This document shows, in pieces, positions 27,079-35,798 of a stretch of DNA of 64,000 nt. A program made the position numbers and the translations under genes. Within the stretch, counting starts at the first letter, position 1. Every line of letters begins with the position of its first letter. Source of the stretch: Vicinamibacterales bacterium. GTDB lineage: Bacteria; Acidobacteriota; Vicinamibacteria; Vicinamibacterales; 2-12-FULL-66-21. The stretch spans positions 13,184-77,183 of the forward strand of contig DATLLF010000097.1 of the NCBI GenBank assembly GCA_035537955.1. The letters are read 5' to 3'. The notes under the pieces were generated by a model. That model saw only the letters and a list, made by a program, of their open reading frames with translations, was not told where the DNA came from and ran no database searches.

Positions 27079-27750
27079 TCACCGCACACTTACACCAGCG
27101 CTGAACACCGTCACCGAGGTCGACGCAAAGCCAGGCCGCAGGACCGCCGGCGGCTGCGCGTTGATTTTGTAGAAGCGCAGATCGAACGAGAACGCGAGGT
27201 GCTTCTTCGCGAACCACCGCGCACCGCCGCCGTAGTTGATGGCCCGCGGTAACGATTCCGGATCCTCGAACGGCGCGTCCTCGAGCTCGGTCGTGAAGTT
27301 CGCCCAGCCGATGCCGCCGCTCAAGTAACTCCAGCCATCCCGCTTTCCGAAGTTGAGCGAGACCTGTGGCGAGATCGCGGTGAGGTTCGTGGCGATCGCC
27401 GGTCCTTCGGGCCCGTCTTCAACCACCGGCGGAATCGTGCGGCTTGCGTGTGCGCGCAGCAGGATCTCGCCGCCGACACCCAGCGCGAATATGCGTTTAC
27501 GAACCGGATATAGATGTGCGCCGACGACGAGACCGAGGCCGCGTGTGGGGAGATCCGCGGGCTGGACGCCAATCGCCGCGGCACTCAGCGGATCCTGCTT
27601 GAAGCGCGCAAGCGTTCCGCGCGCGTCGACGACGAAGGGGCCGATCGGTTGATCGAGAAGTGGCGGCGGGACGGGATCCTGTGCGAACGCCGAAGCAGAA
27701 CTGAGGACCAGCAGACCGGCGCAAAGCGCCGTGCGAAACGATCGCGACAT
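27079..27750 (-). CDS. putative outer-membrane beta-barrel protein
   Basis: Signal peptide MSRSFRTALCAGLLVLSSASAFAQD. 223 aa with an alternating beta-strand-like pattern. Its ATG shares one nt with the cca stop (TGATG). Confidence 0.55.
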   Translation of the reverse strand: MSRSFRTALCAGLLVLSSASAFAQDPVPPPLLDQPIGPFVVDARGTLARFKQDPLSAAAIGVQPADLPTRGLGLVVGAHLYPVRKRIFALGVGGEILLRAHASRTIPPVVEDGPEGPAIATNLTAISPQVSLNFGKRDGWSYLSGGIGWANFTTELEDAPFEDPESLPRAINYGGGARWFAKKHLAFSFDLRFYKINAQPPAVLRPGFASTSVTVFSAGVSVR

Positions 27751-29105
27751 CAGCGCCGATTGTACTCGCGTGCGAATGCGAGGCCTTCGTCGGTGGTGGT
27801 GATCGTTCCGTCGAGTTGCCGTTCGTAAATGGCGCGAAGCAGCTCACCGACCCGCGGCCCGGGCTGCATCCCCAGCGCGAGGAGGTGCCGGCCGAGCACG
27901 AGAGGCGGTGGTGGCGCGTGCTGAACCCCAAGCTGCCGCGCCCGCTCGAGGAACCAGTCCATCGAGGAACAATCGAAGTTGCCGGTGCGCCCCATGCAGT
28001 CTGATCTGGCGAGGATCGCGAGCAGCTCGAGGTCGACTTTCTGTGCCAGGCGGCGAAACGCGCCGTCGGAGACTGGAGTCTTCGACATGCCGAACATGCC
28101 CGGCTTCAGATGGTGCGCCGTGATCCCGAGAACCTGCTTGCGCACGTCGAACCCATCCATCGTGTGGATGTTCAGGCGATCGAGCAGCGCCGTCGCCGGT
28201 CCGACACCAGCCTGCTCGTGATCGATCGAACGGATGCGGCCGTCGACGAATGCCGTGGTCGGCGGCTTGCCGAGATCGTGGCAGACCGCGCCGAGCATCA
28301 GCGTGACCTGACGGGGCCGATCGAAACCGCCGATCCGCGTTCTGGCCTGGTCGATGACCATCAGCGTATGGATCCAGACGTCTCCCTCGGGGTGCCACTC
28401 GGGCTCCTGCGGGCAGCCGACAAGCGCCTTCAGTTCGGGGAACAGGCGATCGATGACGCCGAGGCGCAGCGCGAGATCGAACCCTCGCGACGGCCGTGGC
28501 GCCGCGAGCAGCAGCTTCTCGATCTCACCCCAGATTCGCTCGGCCGGCAGATCGTCGAGCGGGATAGTCCTGCACAGATCCGCCGTCGCCTCATCGAGGT
28601 TGAATTCGAAGCGCGCCGCGAACTGGATCGCCCGCAGTACGCGAAGGCTGTCTTCACCGAATGTGGAAGGGTCCACGGCGCGAAGGGTCCGTCGCTCGAT
28701 GTCTCCGCGGCCGTCGAAGGGATCGAGGTATTCGTCCGTCAGCGGATCCCATGCGATCGCGTTGATGGTGAAATCGCGCCGGCGCGCCGCTTCTCGCGGC
28801 GACAGGGTCGGATCGCCGTGCACCTCGAATCCCTTGTGCCCGCGCCCGACCTTCGACTCGCGCCTCGGCAGCGCGACATCGATGTCGGCAACTTTATAGA
28901 CCGTGAAACTCTCGCCCACGGCATTTACTGGACCGAATGTCGCGAGCACGGCTCGCAGCGAGTCAGCCGGCAGCCCGTAAACCTCGATGTCGATGTCCTT
29001 GGACGTCCGTCCCATCAGGCGGTCGCGCACCCATCCACCTACGACGAGCGCGCGTCCGCCGGCATCCCTGATGGCTCCGATGATCGAAGCCGCGAGATCA
29101 GGCAC
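27750..29105 (-). CDS. cca: CCA tRNA nucleotidyltransferase with HD domain
   Basis: Motif LVVGGWVRDRLMGRTSKDIDIEV and the HD region VCHDLGK. I prefer GTG 29105, which overlaps the SDR stop by 8 nt. The track ORF to 29309 would overlap the SDR gene by 212 nt. Confidence 0.85.
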   Translation of the reverse strand: MPDLAASIIGAIRDAGGRALVVGGWVRDRLMGRTSKDIDIEVYGLPADSLRAVLATFGPVNAVGESFTVYKVADIDVALPRRESKVGRGHKGFEVHGDPTLSPREAARRRDFTINAIAWDPLTDEYLDPFDGRGDIERRTLRAVDPSTFGEDSLRVLRAIQFAARFEFNLDEATADLCRTIPLDDLPAERIWGEIEKLLLAAPRPSRGFDLALRLGVIDRLFPELKALVGCPQEPEWHPEGDVWIHTLMVIDQARTRIGGFDRPRQVTLMLGAVCHDLGKPPTTAFVDGRIRSIDHEQAGVGPATALLDRLNIHTMDGFDVRKQVLGITAHHLKPGMFGMSKTPVSDGAFRRLAQKVDLELLAILARSDCMGRTGNFDCSSMDWFLERARQLGVQHAPPPPLVLGRHLLALGMQPGPRVGELLRAIYERQLDGTITTTDEGLAFAREYNRR

Positions 29106-29898
29106 GCGAAACGGTCCTGCGGCGTCCGTACTTTCGTACGAGTCGATCGGTGTAGCCCGGCGCGACGGCGTTGAGAATCGCAAGAGCCCTCGACGTGCGA
29201 TGCGGATATATCTCGGGGCGCGGGTGACGCATGCCATCGACGATGGCGGCGGCCACGTCCTCGACCGACTGCGTCGGTCCGAGCCCGGATACCGAATGGC
29301 CGTAGTCACGCGACATCGCCTCGCGGAACTCGGTTTCCGTCGATACCGGATACACGACCGACACGTGGATGTCGGAGTCGGCGAACTCCGTTCTCAGCGC
29401 CTCCGCGAATCCGACCTGCGCCGCCTTCGTCGCGCTGTACCCGCTCATGTGCGCGATGCCGCGCTGCCCGACGATCGACGACACGAGCACCAGGTGGCCA
29501 TGCCCTTGCGCCCGGAAGACCGGGAGCGCGGCGCGCGTGCCGAAGTACGTGCCCATGAAATTGACGTCCATCATGCGCTGCATGACGTCGGGAGGCGTTT
29601 CTTCAACCGTGCCGTAATAGCCGAACCCCGCGTTGCAGATCATTCCGTCCAGGCGGCCGAATACTGCCTGCGCGCGCGCGACCATGCGCAGGCAATCCTC
29701 CTCCTTCGTCACGTCCATCGTCACCGCATCGGCCTGTCCGCCCGCGGCGCGGATCCGCGCGACGGCGGCGTCGAGGAGCTGCGTGCGCCGTGCACCGAGA
29801 ACGACGTGCGCGCCGCCGCGCGCGAGACGCTCGGCGCAGGCGAGCCCGATGCCGGATGATGCACCGGTGATGGTGATGGCGCGCCCGCGGAGGTCCAT
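29098..29898 (-). CDS. short-chain dehydrogenase/reductase
   Basis: Motif TGASSGIGLA and a catalytic YSATK-type motif (GYSATKAA). 266 aa. Confidence 0.9.
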   Translation of the reverse strand: MDLRGRAITITGASSGIGLACAERLARGGAHVVLGARRTQLLDAAVARIRAAGGQADAVTMDVTKEEDCLRMVARAQAVFGRLDGMICNAGFGYYGTVEETPPDVMQRMMDVNFMGTYFGTRAALPVFRAQGHGHLVLVSSIVGQRGIAHMSGYSATKAAQVGFAEALRTEFADSDIHVSVVYPVSTETEFREAMSRDYGHSVSGLGPTQSVEDVAAAIVDGMRHPRPEIYPHRTSRALAILNAVAPGYTDRLVRKYGRRRTVSRA

Positions 29899-29904
29899 TT
29901 CCGC

Positions 29905-29910
29905 ATGATA
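29905..29910 (-). promoter_or_regulatory. -10-like TATCAT, 6 nt upstream of SDR ATG
   Basis: The minus strand reads TATCAT GCGGAA ATG. No Shine-Dalgarno sequence. Confidence 0.35.
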
Positions 29911-29981
29911 CAGTCCCGCCTACGCCGCTGTGCGGCTTCGGCGTGGCACGCTCCGCACTCGACCTCCGATTTCGTCCGCCC

Positions 29982-31124
29982 ATGGCTGATCCTTGCATCG
30001 AGCTTCTGCAGCGACTCGTCGCGATCAATTCCGTGAATCCGTTGCTCGTACCCGGCGCGCCGGGTGAGCGCGAGATCGCCGCCGCGATCGCGGACCATTT
30101 CTCCTCGCTCGGGCTCGACGTGCACGTGCAGCAGGCGCTGCCCGGCCGGCCCAACGTGATCGGTGTTCTCGAGACCGGCGTCCAGGGTCCCTCACTGATG
30201 TTCTGCGGTCACACCGATACGGTCGGCGTCGAGGGCATGTCAGCGCCGTTCTCTCCCGAGATCCGCGACGGCCGTCTGTACGGACGCGGTTCGCAGGACA
30301 TGAAAGCCGGAGTCGCCGCGATGATCGATGCGACGCGCGTGGTCCGCGAGCGAAAGCCCCGCTGCGGACGTCTGGTCGTTGCTGCCGTCATCGACGAAGA
30401 GTTCGCGAGCACCGGCGCCGACGCGCTCGTCACTGAATGGCGCGCCGACGCCGCAGTGGTCACCGAACCGACCGACCTGCAGATCGGAGTGGGTCACAAG
30501 GGATTCGCCTGGCTGGAGATCGAAACCATCGGACGTGCGGCGCACGGAAGCCGTCCGAAGGAAGGCCGCGACGCGATCCTGCGCATGGGACGCGTACTCG
30601 GCGGGCTCGAGCGTCTCGACCGTGAGCTGCAGGCGCGCCCGCCGCACCCGATGATGGGCCAGGCGTCTCTTCACGCGTCGATTGTCGAGGGCGGGCGCGA
30701 GCTGAGTGTCTACCCGGATCGCTGCCGGCTGCAGATGGAACGGCGCACCGTTGCTGGCGAATCCGGCGAGATCGCCCTGCAGGAGATCGAAGGCATGCTC
30801 TCAACCCTGCGCGATGAAGATCCTGAGCTCGAGGCGAGCGCGCGCCTCATCTTCGCGCGTCCGCCGTACGAGACGCCCCCGGGGCATGATCTGGTTCGCA
30901 GAATTCAGACGCTGGCCGCTGCATGCGGCGTCGGCTCGGAATCGACCGGCATGAGCTTCTGGACCGATGCGGCCGTTCTCGGTGAAGCCGGGGTGCCGTC
31001 GGTGCTGTTCGGGCCGGGTGGCGCCGGCCTTCACAGCACTGAGGAATATGTGCGCGTCGACGAGGTGATCGCCTGTCGTAACGTATTGGCTGAGCTTGCC
31101 CTGGGCTGGATGAGCCCCGCGTGA
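29982..31124 (+). CDS. M20-family metallopeptidase (ArgE/DapE-like deacylase)
   Basis: N-terminal MADPCIELLQRLVAINSVNP, then HTDTV and the DEE metal-ligand block (VIDEEF). The track ORF starts at GTG 29943; the start is uncertain. Confidence 0.85.
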   Translation: MADPCIELLQRLVAINSVNPLLVPGAPGEREIAAAIADHFSSLGLDVHVQQALPGRPNVIGVLETGVQGPSLMFCGHTDTVGVEGMSAPFSPEIRDGRLYGRGSQDMKAGVAAMIDATRVVRERKPRCGRLVVAAVIDEEFASTGADALVTEWRADAAVVTEPTDLQIGVGHKGFAWLEIETIGRAAHGSRPKEGRDAILRMGRVLGGLERLDRELQARPPHPMMGQASLHASIVEGGRELSVYPDRCRLQMERRTVAGESGEIALQEIEGMLSTLRDEDPELEASARLIFARPPYETPPGHDLVRRIQTLAAACGVGSESTGMSFWTDAAVLGEAGVPSVLFGPGGAGLHSTEEYVRVDEVIACRNVLAELALGWMSPA

Positions 31125-31143
31125 CCAGACATTTGTCTGGTCA
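31122..31143. terminator. perfect palindrome TGACCAGACA tt TGTCTGGTCA overlapping the M20 stop codon
   Basis: Read directly. It lies between convergent stops at 31122-31124 and 31156-31158, so it is a possible bidirectional terminator or protein-binding site. Confidence 0.45.
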
Positions 31144-31155
31144 GAGGCACCGGTT

Positions 31156-31446
31156 TCAGGCCGATTTGCGCAACACCAACTGGGGTTTCAACGCGTGCCG
31201 ATGCGCGTCGCCGTCGAACCGTTTGCGCGGACCGCGGCCGCTGATTTCCCATCCCGGCGTGTCATGCCCGCAGGACGTGCACCGCATCATGACCCTGTTG
31301 CCCTCGAAGTGCAGCACCGAATCATGACCACTCAAGCCGCAAAGTACCTGTCCGAGGCGTGAAAAGGCGCGTGCCACAACTCCGCTGGTCTTCCCGTACG
31401 TGATCTCCGCCGCGACCGCGAGCTGCTGGGGGTAATTGGTAACCAT
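31156..31446 (-). CDS. small hypothetical protein with a Cys/His cluster
   Basis: 96 aa: ...LCGLSGHDSVLHFEGNRVMMRCTSCGHDTPGWE... GAGGGA lies 8 nt upstream of the ATG. Third-position GC is high. Confidence 0.5.
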   Translation of the reverse strand: MVTNYPQQLAVAAEITYGKTSGVVARAFSRLGQVLCGLSGHDSVLHFEGNRVMMRCTSCGHDTPGWEISGRGPRKRFDGDAHRHALKPQLVLRKSA

Positions 31447-31526
31447 GGGAGATATCCCTCGCTCCTGTCCTCTTTTATGACGCCGGACCGGCCTCTGCCG
31501 TTCCGCTCCATTCCTGCCTCAGGCAT

Positions 31527-31542
31527 ATCAAGAGGTGTGCCA
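31527..31542 (-). promoter_or_regulatory. weak sigma-54-like element TGGCAC-n5-TTGAT
   Basis: The minus strand reads TGGCACACCTCTTGAT, ~80 nt upstream of ATG 31446. The -12 element reads TTGA rather than TTGC. Confidence 0.2.
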
Positions 31543-31717
31543 CGGTCGGGGCGGCGTTTTCGACCCGTCAGAAGCGTTATTTGGCGCAATTTAACCATTT
31601 ATTCCAGAAGAGCTGCCAGGCATTGGGGGCAACTCCGGGAGTCACGAACCGGGGCCCAGTTGGCAAACGACACCACAGGTGGAACTCCGCACCTATGGCT
31701 CAGGTGTAACTGGAGCT

Positions 31718-32653
31718 TCAGCGCTCCGCCAGCACGGCGCGCATCACGAACCCGACGTTCGCCGGGCGTTCACCCAGCCGACGCATGAAGTAGGGGAACC
31801 ATTCACGACCGAAGGGGACGTATACGCGAAGGCGAAAGCCAGCGGCCGTGAGTTGGGCCTGGAGGTCCCGGCGGATCCCGTACAGCATCTGAAACTCGAA
31901 GCGGGCGGGGTCGATCCGGCGCTGAGCGGCGTAGGCGCGCGCGGCCGCGATCATCGCCGGGTCGTGGGTGGCGATAGCGGGGTAGGTGCCCTCTGAAAGA
32001 AGAAGCTTCGTGATCTCGACGAAGGCCGCGTCGACCTGCGCCTTGTCCTGATACGCCACGAACCGCGGTTCCTTGTACGCGCCCTTGACCACCCTGACCC
32101 GTGCGCCCAGTTCATTCATCCGTCGGGCATCGTCGATGCTGCGCGGAAGGGCCGACTGAAGCACCACGCCGGCGTTGCGGTACCCCTGCTGCCACATCGT
32201 CTCGAAGACATCGAGCGTCACCTGCGTGAACGCTGAGTTCTCCATGTCGATCCGCACGAAGAAGTCCTGCGCCGTGGCCGTATCGAGGATCCGACGGAGG
32301 TTGTCGACGCAGGTCGCGCGGTCGACCGTGAGCCCAAGCTGCGTCAGCTTCAACGAGATGTTGCGGTCGATGCCGGCTCCGACGACTCTGTCCAGCACCG
32401 TGAGGTACGTACGCGTCGCCGCGTCCGCTTCCCCCATGCTGTCGACGCTTTCTCCGAGGAGATCGAGCGTGTGCAGCATTCCCGCCGATTCGACGGACCG
32501 CGCGGCCTCGATCGCTTCCTCGATGGTTTCTCCCGCAATGAATCGTCTCGCAAAGCCCCGCGGGCCCCGCATGCCGTAGGTGGAAGCGAGATCCTTGAGG
32601 GTCGTGCTGGCGGCGAGCGAGGAGAAAACAGCCTTGGAAACCGTTTGCAGCAT
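31718..32653 (-). CDS. proline dehydrogenase (monofunctional)
   Basis: 311 aa with ProDH-like blocks (VRVVKGAYKEP, IATHDPAMI, FEFQMLYGIR). Confidence 0.85.
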   Translation of the reverse strand: MLQTVSKAVFSSLAASTTLKDLASTYGMRGPRGFARRFIAGETIEEAIEAARSVESAGMLHTLDLLGESVDSMGEADAATRTYLTVLDRVVGAGIDRNISLKLTQLGLTVDRATCVDNLRRILDTATAQDFFVRIDMENSAFTQVTLDVFETMWQQGYRNAGVVLQSALPRSIDDARRMNELGARVRVVKGAYKEPRFVAYQDKAQVDAAFVEITKLLLSEGTYPAIATHDPAMIAAARAYAAQRRIDPARFEFQMLYGIRRDLQAQLTAAGFRLRVYVPFGREWFPYFMRRLGERPANVGFVMRAVLAER

Positions 32654-33783
32654 CAGTGCGTGCGAGGGGCCCGGCGCCCGCCAGGCAGCAGGTGCTGTAT
32701 CGTGCGAGCGTAATAGCGGAGGACCGTCCGTTCGCGGATCCGGAAGCGTCCGCCGCGTTCGATGTGAATGATGTTCCGCGCGGCGAGTAGTTCGGCGGCG
32801 GCCTCGACAGCTTCTTGTCCGGACCGAACGCCCATGTTCGCTCCGGCCGCGGCGACGGTCTCGATCACCGTATCGCAGCGCGCCTCGAGGTCGCGCCGCG
32901 TGATCGAGGGCCGCAGCGCGGCTGCAACGACTGCCGTCGGCAGTACCTTGTAGAGCATCCCGATCGTGTCATGCGTGAGATGAGCGATCGCCATCACGTC
33001 ACGGCGGGACTCAGGATCGTACCCGCTCGTATTTATCGGTGCGCCGAACGTGACGAACGCCCGCGACTGGTAGCCGACGGCGTAGCGCACCATCTCGGCG
33101 ACTTCGCGCCCGAACGGTCGCTGACGCCGCTTCGCCGCCTGGTGGGCGAGGATGTGGTCCTCGAGCACCAGGTCGTACGCCACGGCCACCGGAACGATCA
33201 TCGCGTCGTGCCGCGCCTGCAGCGTCGCGTGGAGCAGCCCCGTCTTCGGCGGCTTCAGCTCACCCGAATAGCTGCGCCCGCCTTCGATGTAGAAAAGCAG
33301 ATCGTGACGTCGCAACAGCTCCGCGACATACGCCTTCAGGGTGACGAGATAGGCCGGGTCCTTCGTGTTGCGGCGGATCGGGATGGCCCCCGTGACATGA
33401 CGATGGATCAGCCCGAGCGGCCCGCCGAAAAGGTTGATGCCGGCCGCGATCACCGGCGGCCGCACGCCGCTGTCGTCGAGCACGAGCGGCTCGACGAGAT
33501 AATCGAGATGACTCTTGTGGTTCGAGATGTACACGACGCGTCCGGCCGCTGTCGCCTGCCGCGCAATGTCGACGTGCTCGTCGACGCGGTCGATCTTTCG
33601 CAGGATTGGATACAGCGGGTGCTTGAGGGCGCGGTAGATCGGATACCGCTGCGTCGTTCGCAGCTCATCGAGGTAAGCCTCGATGCGCTCGCGTGCCTGG
33701 ATCTCCGTCTGGCCGTTGCCACCACGCAGGTACCGCGCAACGTCCTCGCGCGCAAGTACGGCTTGCGTGATGTCGTCGAGCAT
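32653..33783 (-). CDS. PlsB-like glycerol-3-phosphate / lysophospholipid acyltransferase
   Basis: SNHKSHLDYL (HX4D), AAGINLFGGPLG, GAIPIRR and YIEGGRSYSGELKPPKTGLL parallel the PlsB motifs. Confidence 0.8.
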   Translation of the reverse strand: MLDDITQAVLAREDVARYLRGGNGQTEIQARERIEAYLDELRTTQRYPIYRALKHPLYPILRKIDRVDEHVDIARQATAAGRVVYISNHKSHLDYLVEPLVLDDSGVRPPVIAAGINLFGGPLGLIHRHVTGAIPIRRNTKDPAYLVTLKAYVAELLRRHDLLFYIEGGRSYSGELKPPKTGLLHATLQARHDAMIVPVAVAYDLVLEDHILAHQAAKRRQRPFGREVAEMVRYAVGYQSRAFVTFGAPINTSGYDPESRRDVMAIAHLTHDTIGMLYKVLPTAVVAAALRPSITRRDLEARCDTVIETVAAAGANMGVRSGQEAVEAAAELLAARNIIHIERGGRFRIRERTVLRYYARTIQHLLPGGRRAPRTH

Positions 33784-33797
33784 TGAGCGCGACTATA

Positions 33798-34802
33798 TCA
33801 GACCTGCAACTGGTGACATATGGCGTCGGTGAATTCGGTCGTGCTCGCCGAGCCGCCCAGATCGCGCGTTCTGACCGCGCCGTCCGTGAGGACTTTGTCG
33901 AGCGCTGCACGAATCCTTGCGGAGGTTTCCCGCTCCCCGATGTGATCGAGCATCATCAGCGCCGAGAGCAGCAGCGCTGTGGGGTTCGCGAGATTCTTCA
34001 GTGCGATGTCGGGAGCACTCCCGTGCACGGCCTCGAAGACCGCGGCATCCGTTCCGAGATTCGCACCGGGAACCACACCCAGACCGCCAACCAGCCCCGC
34101 GCACAGATCCGAGACGATGTCGCCGTACAGATTCGGCAGAAGGAGCACGTCCAGCTTCTCGGGGTTCATGACGAGATGCATACAAGCCGCGTCGACGATC
34201 CGTTCGTCGTAGACGATGTCGGTGTACTCCCGGGAGACCCCGCGCGTGCAGTCGAGGAACAGCCCGTCGCTGAGCTTCATGATGTTGGCCTTGTGAATGG
34301 CCGTCACGCGCTTGCGTCCGTACTTCCGCGCGTACTCGAACCCGAACCGTGCGATCCTGGTCGAGGCGCGCTCGGTGATGATCTTGAGCGACTCCACTAC
34401 TCCCGGCACGACCTCGTGCTCCAGACCCGCGTAGAGATCCTCGGTGTTCTCGCGGACGATCACGAGATCCACGTCGGCATAGCGGCTCTGGACGCCGGGC
34501 AGGTTGCGCACAGGGCGGAGATTCGCGTAGAGATCGAGCGCCTTCCGAAGACCGACGTTCACGCTCGTGAAGCCCTGGCCGATTGGCGTGGTGACCGGCC
34601 CTTTCAACGCCACCTTGTTCCGCTTGACCGAATCCAGCAGCGACGCGGGCAGCGTCTCGCTCGTCTTCTCGAACGCGAGCACTCCGGCGTCGTGCCGGTC
34701 CCACTCGATATCCAGCCCCGCCACCGTGAATATCCGGAGGACCGATTCCGACACTTCGGGACCGATGCCGTCGCCGGGGATGAGCGTGATGACGTGTTTC
34801 AT
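33798..34802 (-). CDS. NAD-type isocitrate dehydrogenase (isocitrate/isopropylmalate dehydrogenase family)
   Basis: 334 aa with LIPGDGIGPEV and NLYGDIVSDLCAGLVGGLG. Confidence 0.9.
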   Translation of the reverse strand: MKHVITLIPGDGIGPEVSESVLRIFTVAGLDIEWDRHDAGVLAFEKTSETLPASLLDSVKRNKVALKGPVTTPIGQGFTSVNVGLRKALDLYANLRPVRNLPGVQSRYADVDLVIVRENTEDLYAGLEHEVVPGVVESLKIITERASTRIARFGFEYARKYGRKRVTAIHKANIMKLSDGLFLDCTRGVSREYTDIVYDERIVDAACMHLVMNPEKLDVLLLPNLYGDIVSDLCAGLVGGLGVVPGANLGTDAAVFEAVHGSAPDIALKNLANPTALLLSALMMLDHIGERETSARIRAALDKVLTDGAVRTRDLGGSASTTEFTDAICHQLQV

Positions 34803-35290
34803 AGATGGTCCGCGGGACGGATGCGGCCGCTCGCGAGCTTCGGCGCGAGCAGGGCGGCGACGCGCTCCAGCAGTGCACGATCGGCGTCGGTGAAAGCGGC
34901 GCGGGCGTCGCTGTCGATGTCCAGCTCACCGAGAACTTCGCCGTCGAGCATGATCGGCACGACGATCTCGGACCTCGTCTCGATGCTGCAGGCCAGGTAC
35001 CTGGGATCGGCGTTCACATCGTCGACGATGATCGATGCCTTTTCGCTCGCCGCCGCCCCGCAGATGCCGCGACCGAGCGGGATGCGTGTGTGCGGTGACG
35101 GCTTGCCGGCGTACGGGCCCAGGTAAAGTTCGTTGCCGTCGAGGATATAGATGCCCGTCCACGTGTAGTGGGGCAGATGCTGCGCGAGCAGCTTGACGGT
35201 GTCTTCCGCGGCAACCTGCGCATCAGGCGAGTTCGCCACGGCGGTCGTCACGGCATCGAGGGCGGTCTTGCGTTGGTCGGTCGTCGTCAA
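34799..35290 (-). CDS. GAF-domain protein, free methionine-(R)-sulfoxide reductase-like
   Basis: WTGIY, GRGICGAAA, ACSIETRSEIVVPI and LDIDS match the fRMsr/YebR-type GAF family. Confidence 0.8.
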   Translation of the reverse strand: MTTTDQRKTALDAVTTAVANSPDAQVAAEDTVKLLAQHLPHYTWTGIYILDGNELYLGPYAGKPSPHTRIPLGRGICGAAASEKASIIVDDVNADPRYLACSIETRSEIVVPIMLDGEVLGELDIDSDARAAFTDADRALLERVAALLAPKLASGRIRPADHL

Positions 35291-35775
35291 TCGGTCAGCT
35301 CCCGGAACAGCAGCACGAGTCCACCGGCCAGCGGTACGATCTTCACCAGCGTCGACAGCGCGTGCAGGCGGCCGAAGGCCATCCGCCGCGGATCTCCGTC
35401 AGGCAGAGAAGACGGCGCGCCGCCAGCAGCCATTCTCGAGCGCTCGATTTGCCTCGAGAGCACCATGCCGGAATACAACGCCGTACCGAGCATCGCGACG
35501 GCAATGGCGAGACGCAACCCGAGCAGCGCGGGTCTGGGGCCAAGCGCCGCTCGCGCGACGAGCGACGCGATCATCACCGCGGCGCAGGCATAGGCGAACA
35601 GGTGAAAGCGCCGGAAGGCCTCGCCGAACACCGCACCTGCGAGTATCCGGCCATCGGTGACGCCTCGGGCCGCAATCGTGTCGAAGATCGCCGGCGCCGC
35701 AACAGCCCCAAGTACGATGAGGCCACCGACCCAGAGCGCTGCCGCCACGAGCGCGGCGTAACGCAGCGCGAGCAT
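35287..35775 (-). CDS. DUF4149-like integral membrane protein
   Basis: 162 aa with four hydrophobic segments. N-terminus MLALRYAALVAAALWVGGLIVLGAVAAPAIF. Confidence 0.7.
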   Translation of the reverse strand: MLALRYAALVAAALWVGGLIVLGAVAAPAIFDTIAARGVTDGRILAGAVFGEAFRRFHLFAYACAAVMIASLVARAALGPRPALLGLRLAIAVAMLGTALYSGMVLSRQIERSRMAAGGAPSSLPDGDPRRMAFGRLHALSTLVKIVPLAGGLVLLFRELTD

Positions 35776-35781
35776 CCACTC

Positions 35782-35789
35782 ATTATAAT
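35782..35789. promoter_or_regulatory. palindromic -10 core ATTATAAT that reads TATAAT on both strands
   Basis: The minus strand reads TATAAT(35787-35782) GAGTGG ATG(35775). On the plus strand TATAAT(35784-35789) lies 9 nt before TTG 35799 and 21 nt before ATG 35811. Confidence 0.4.
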
Positions 35790-35798
35790 CACCACCTT

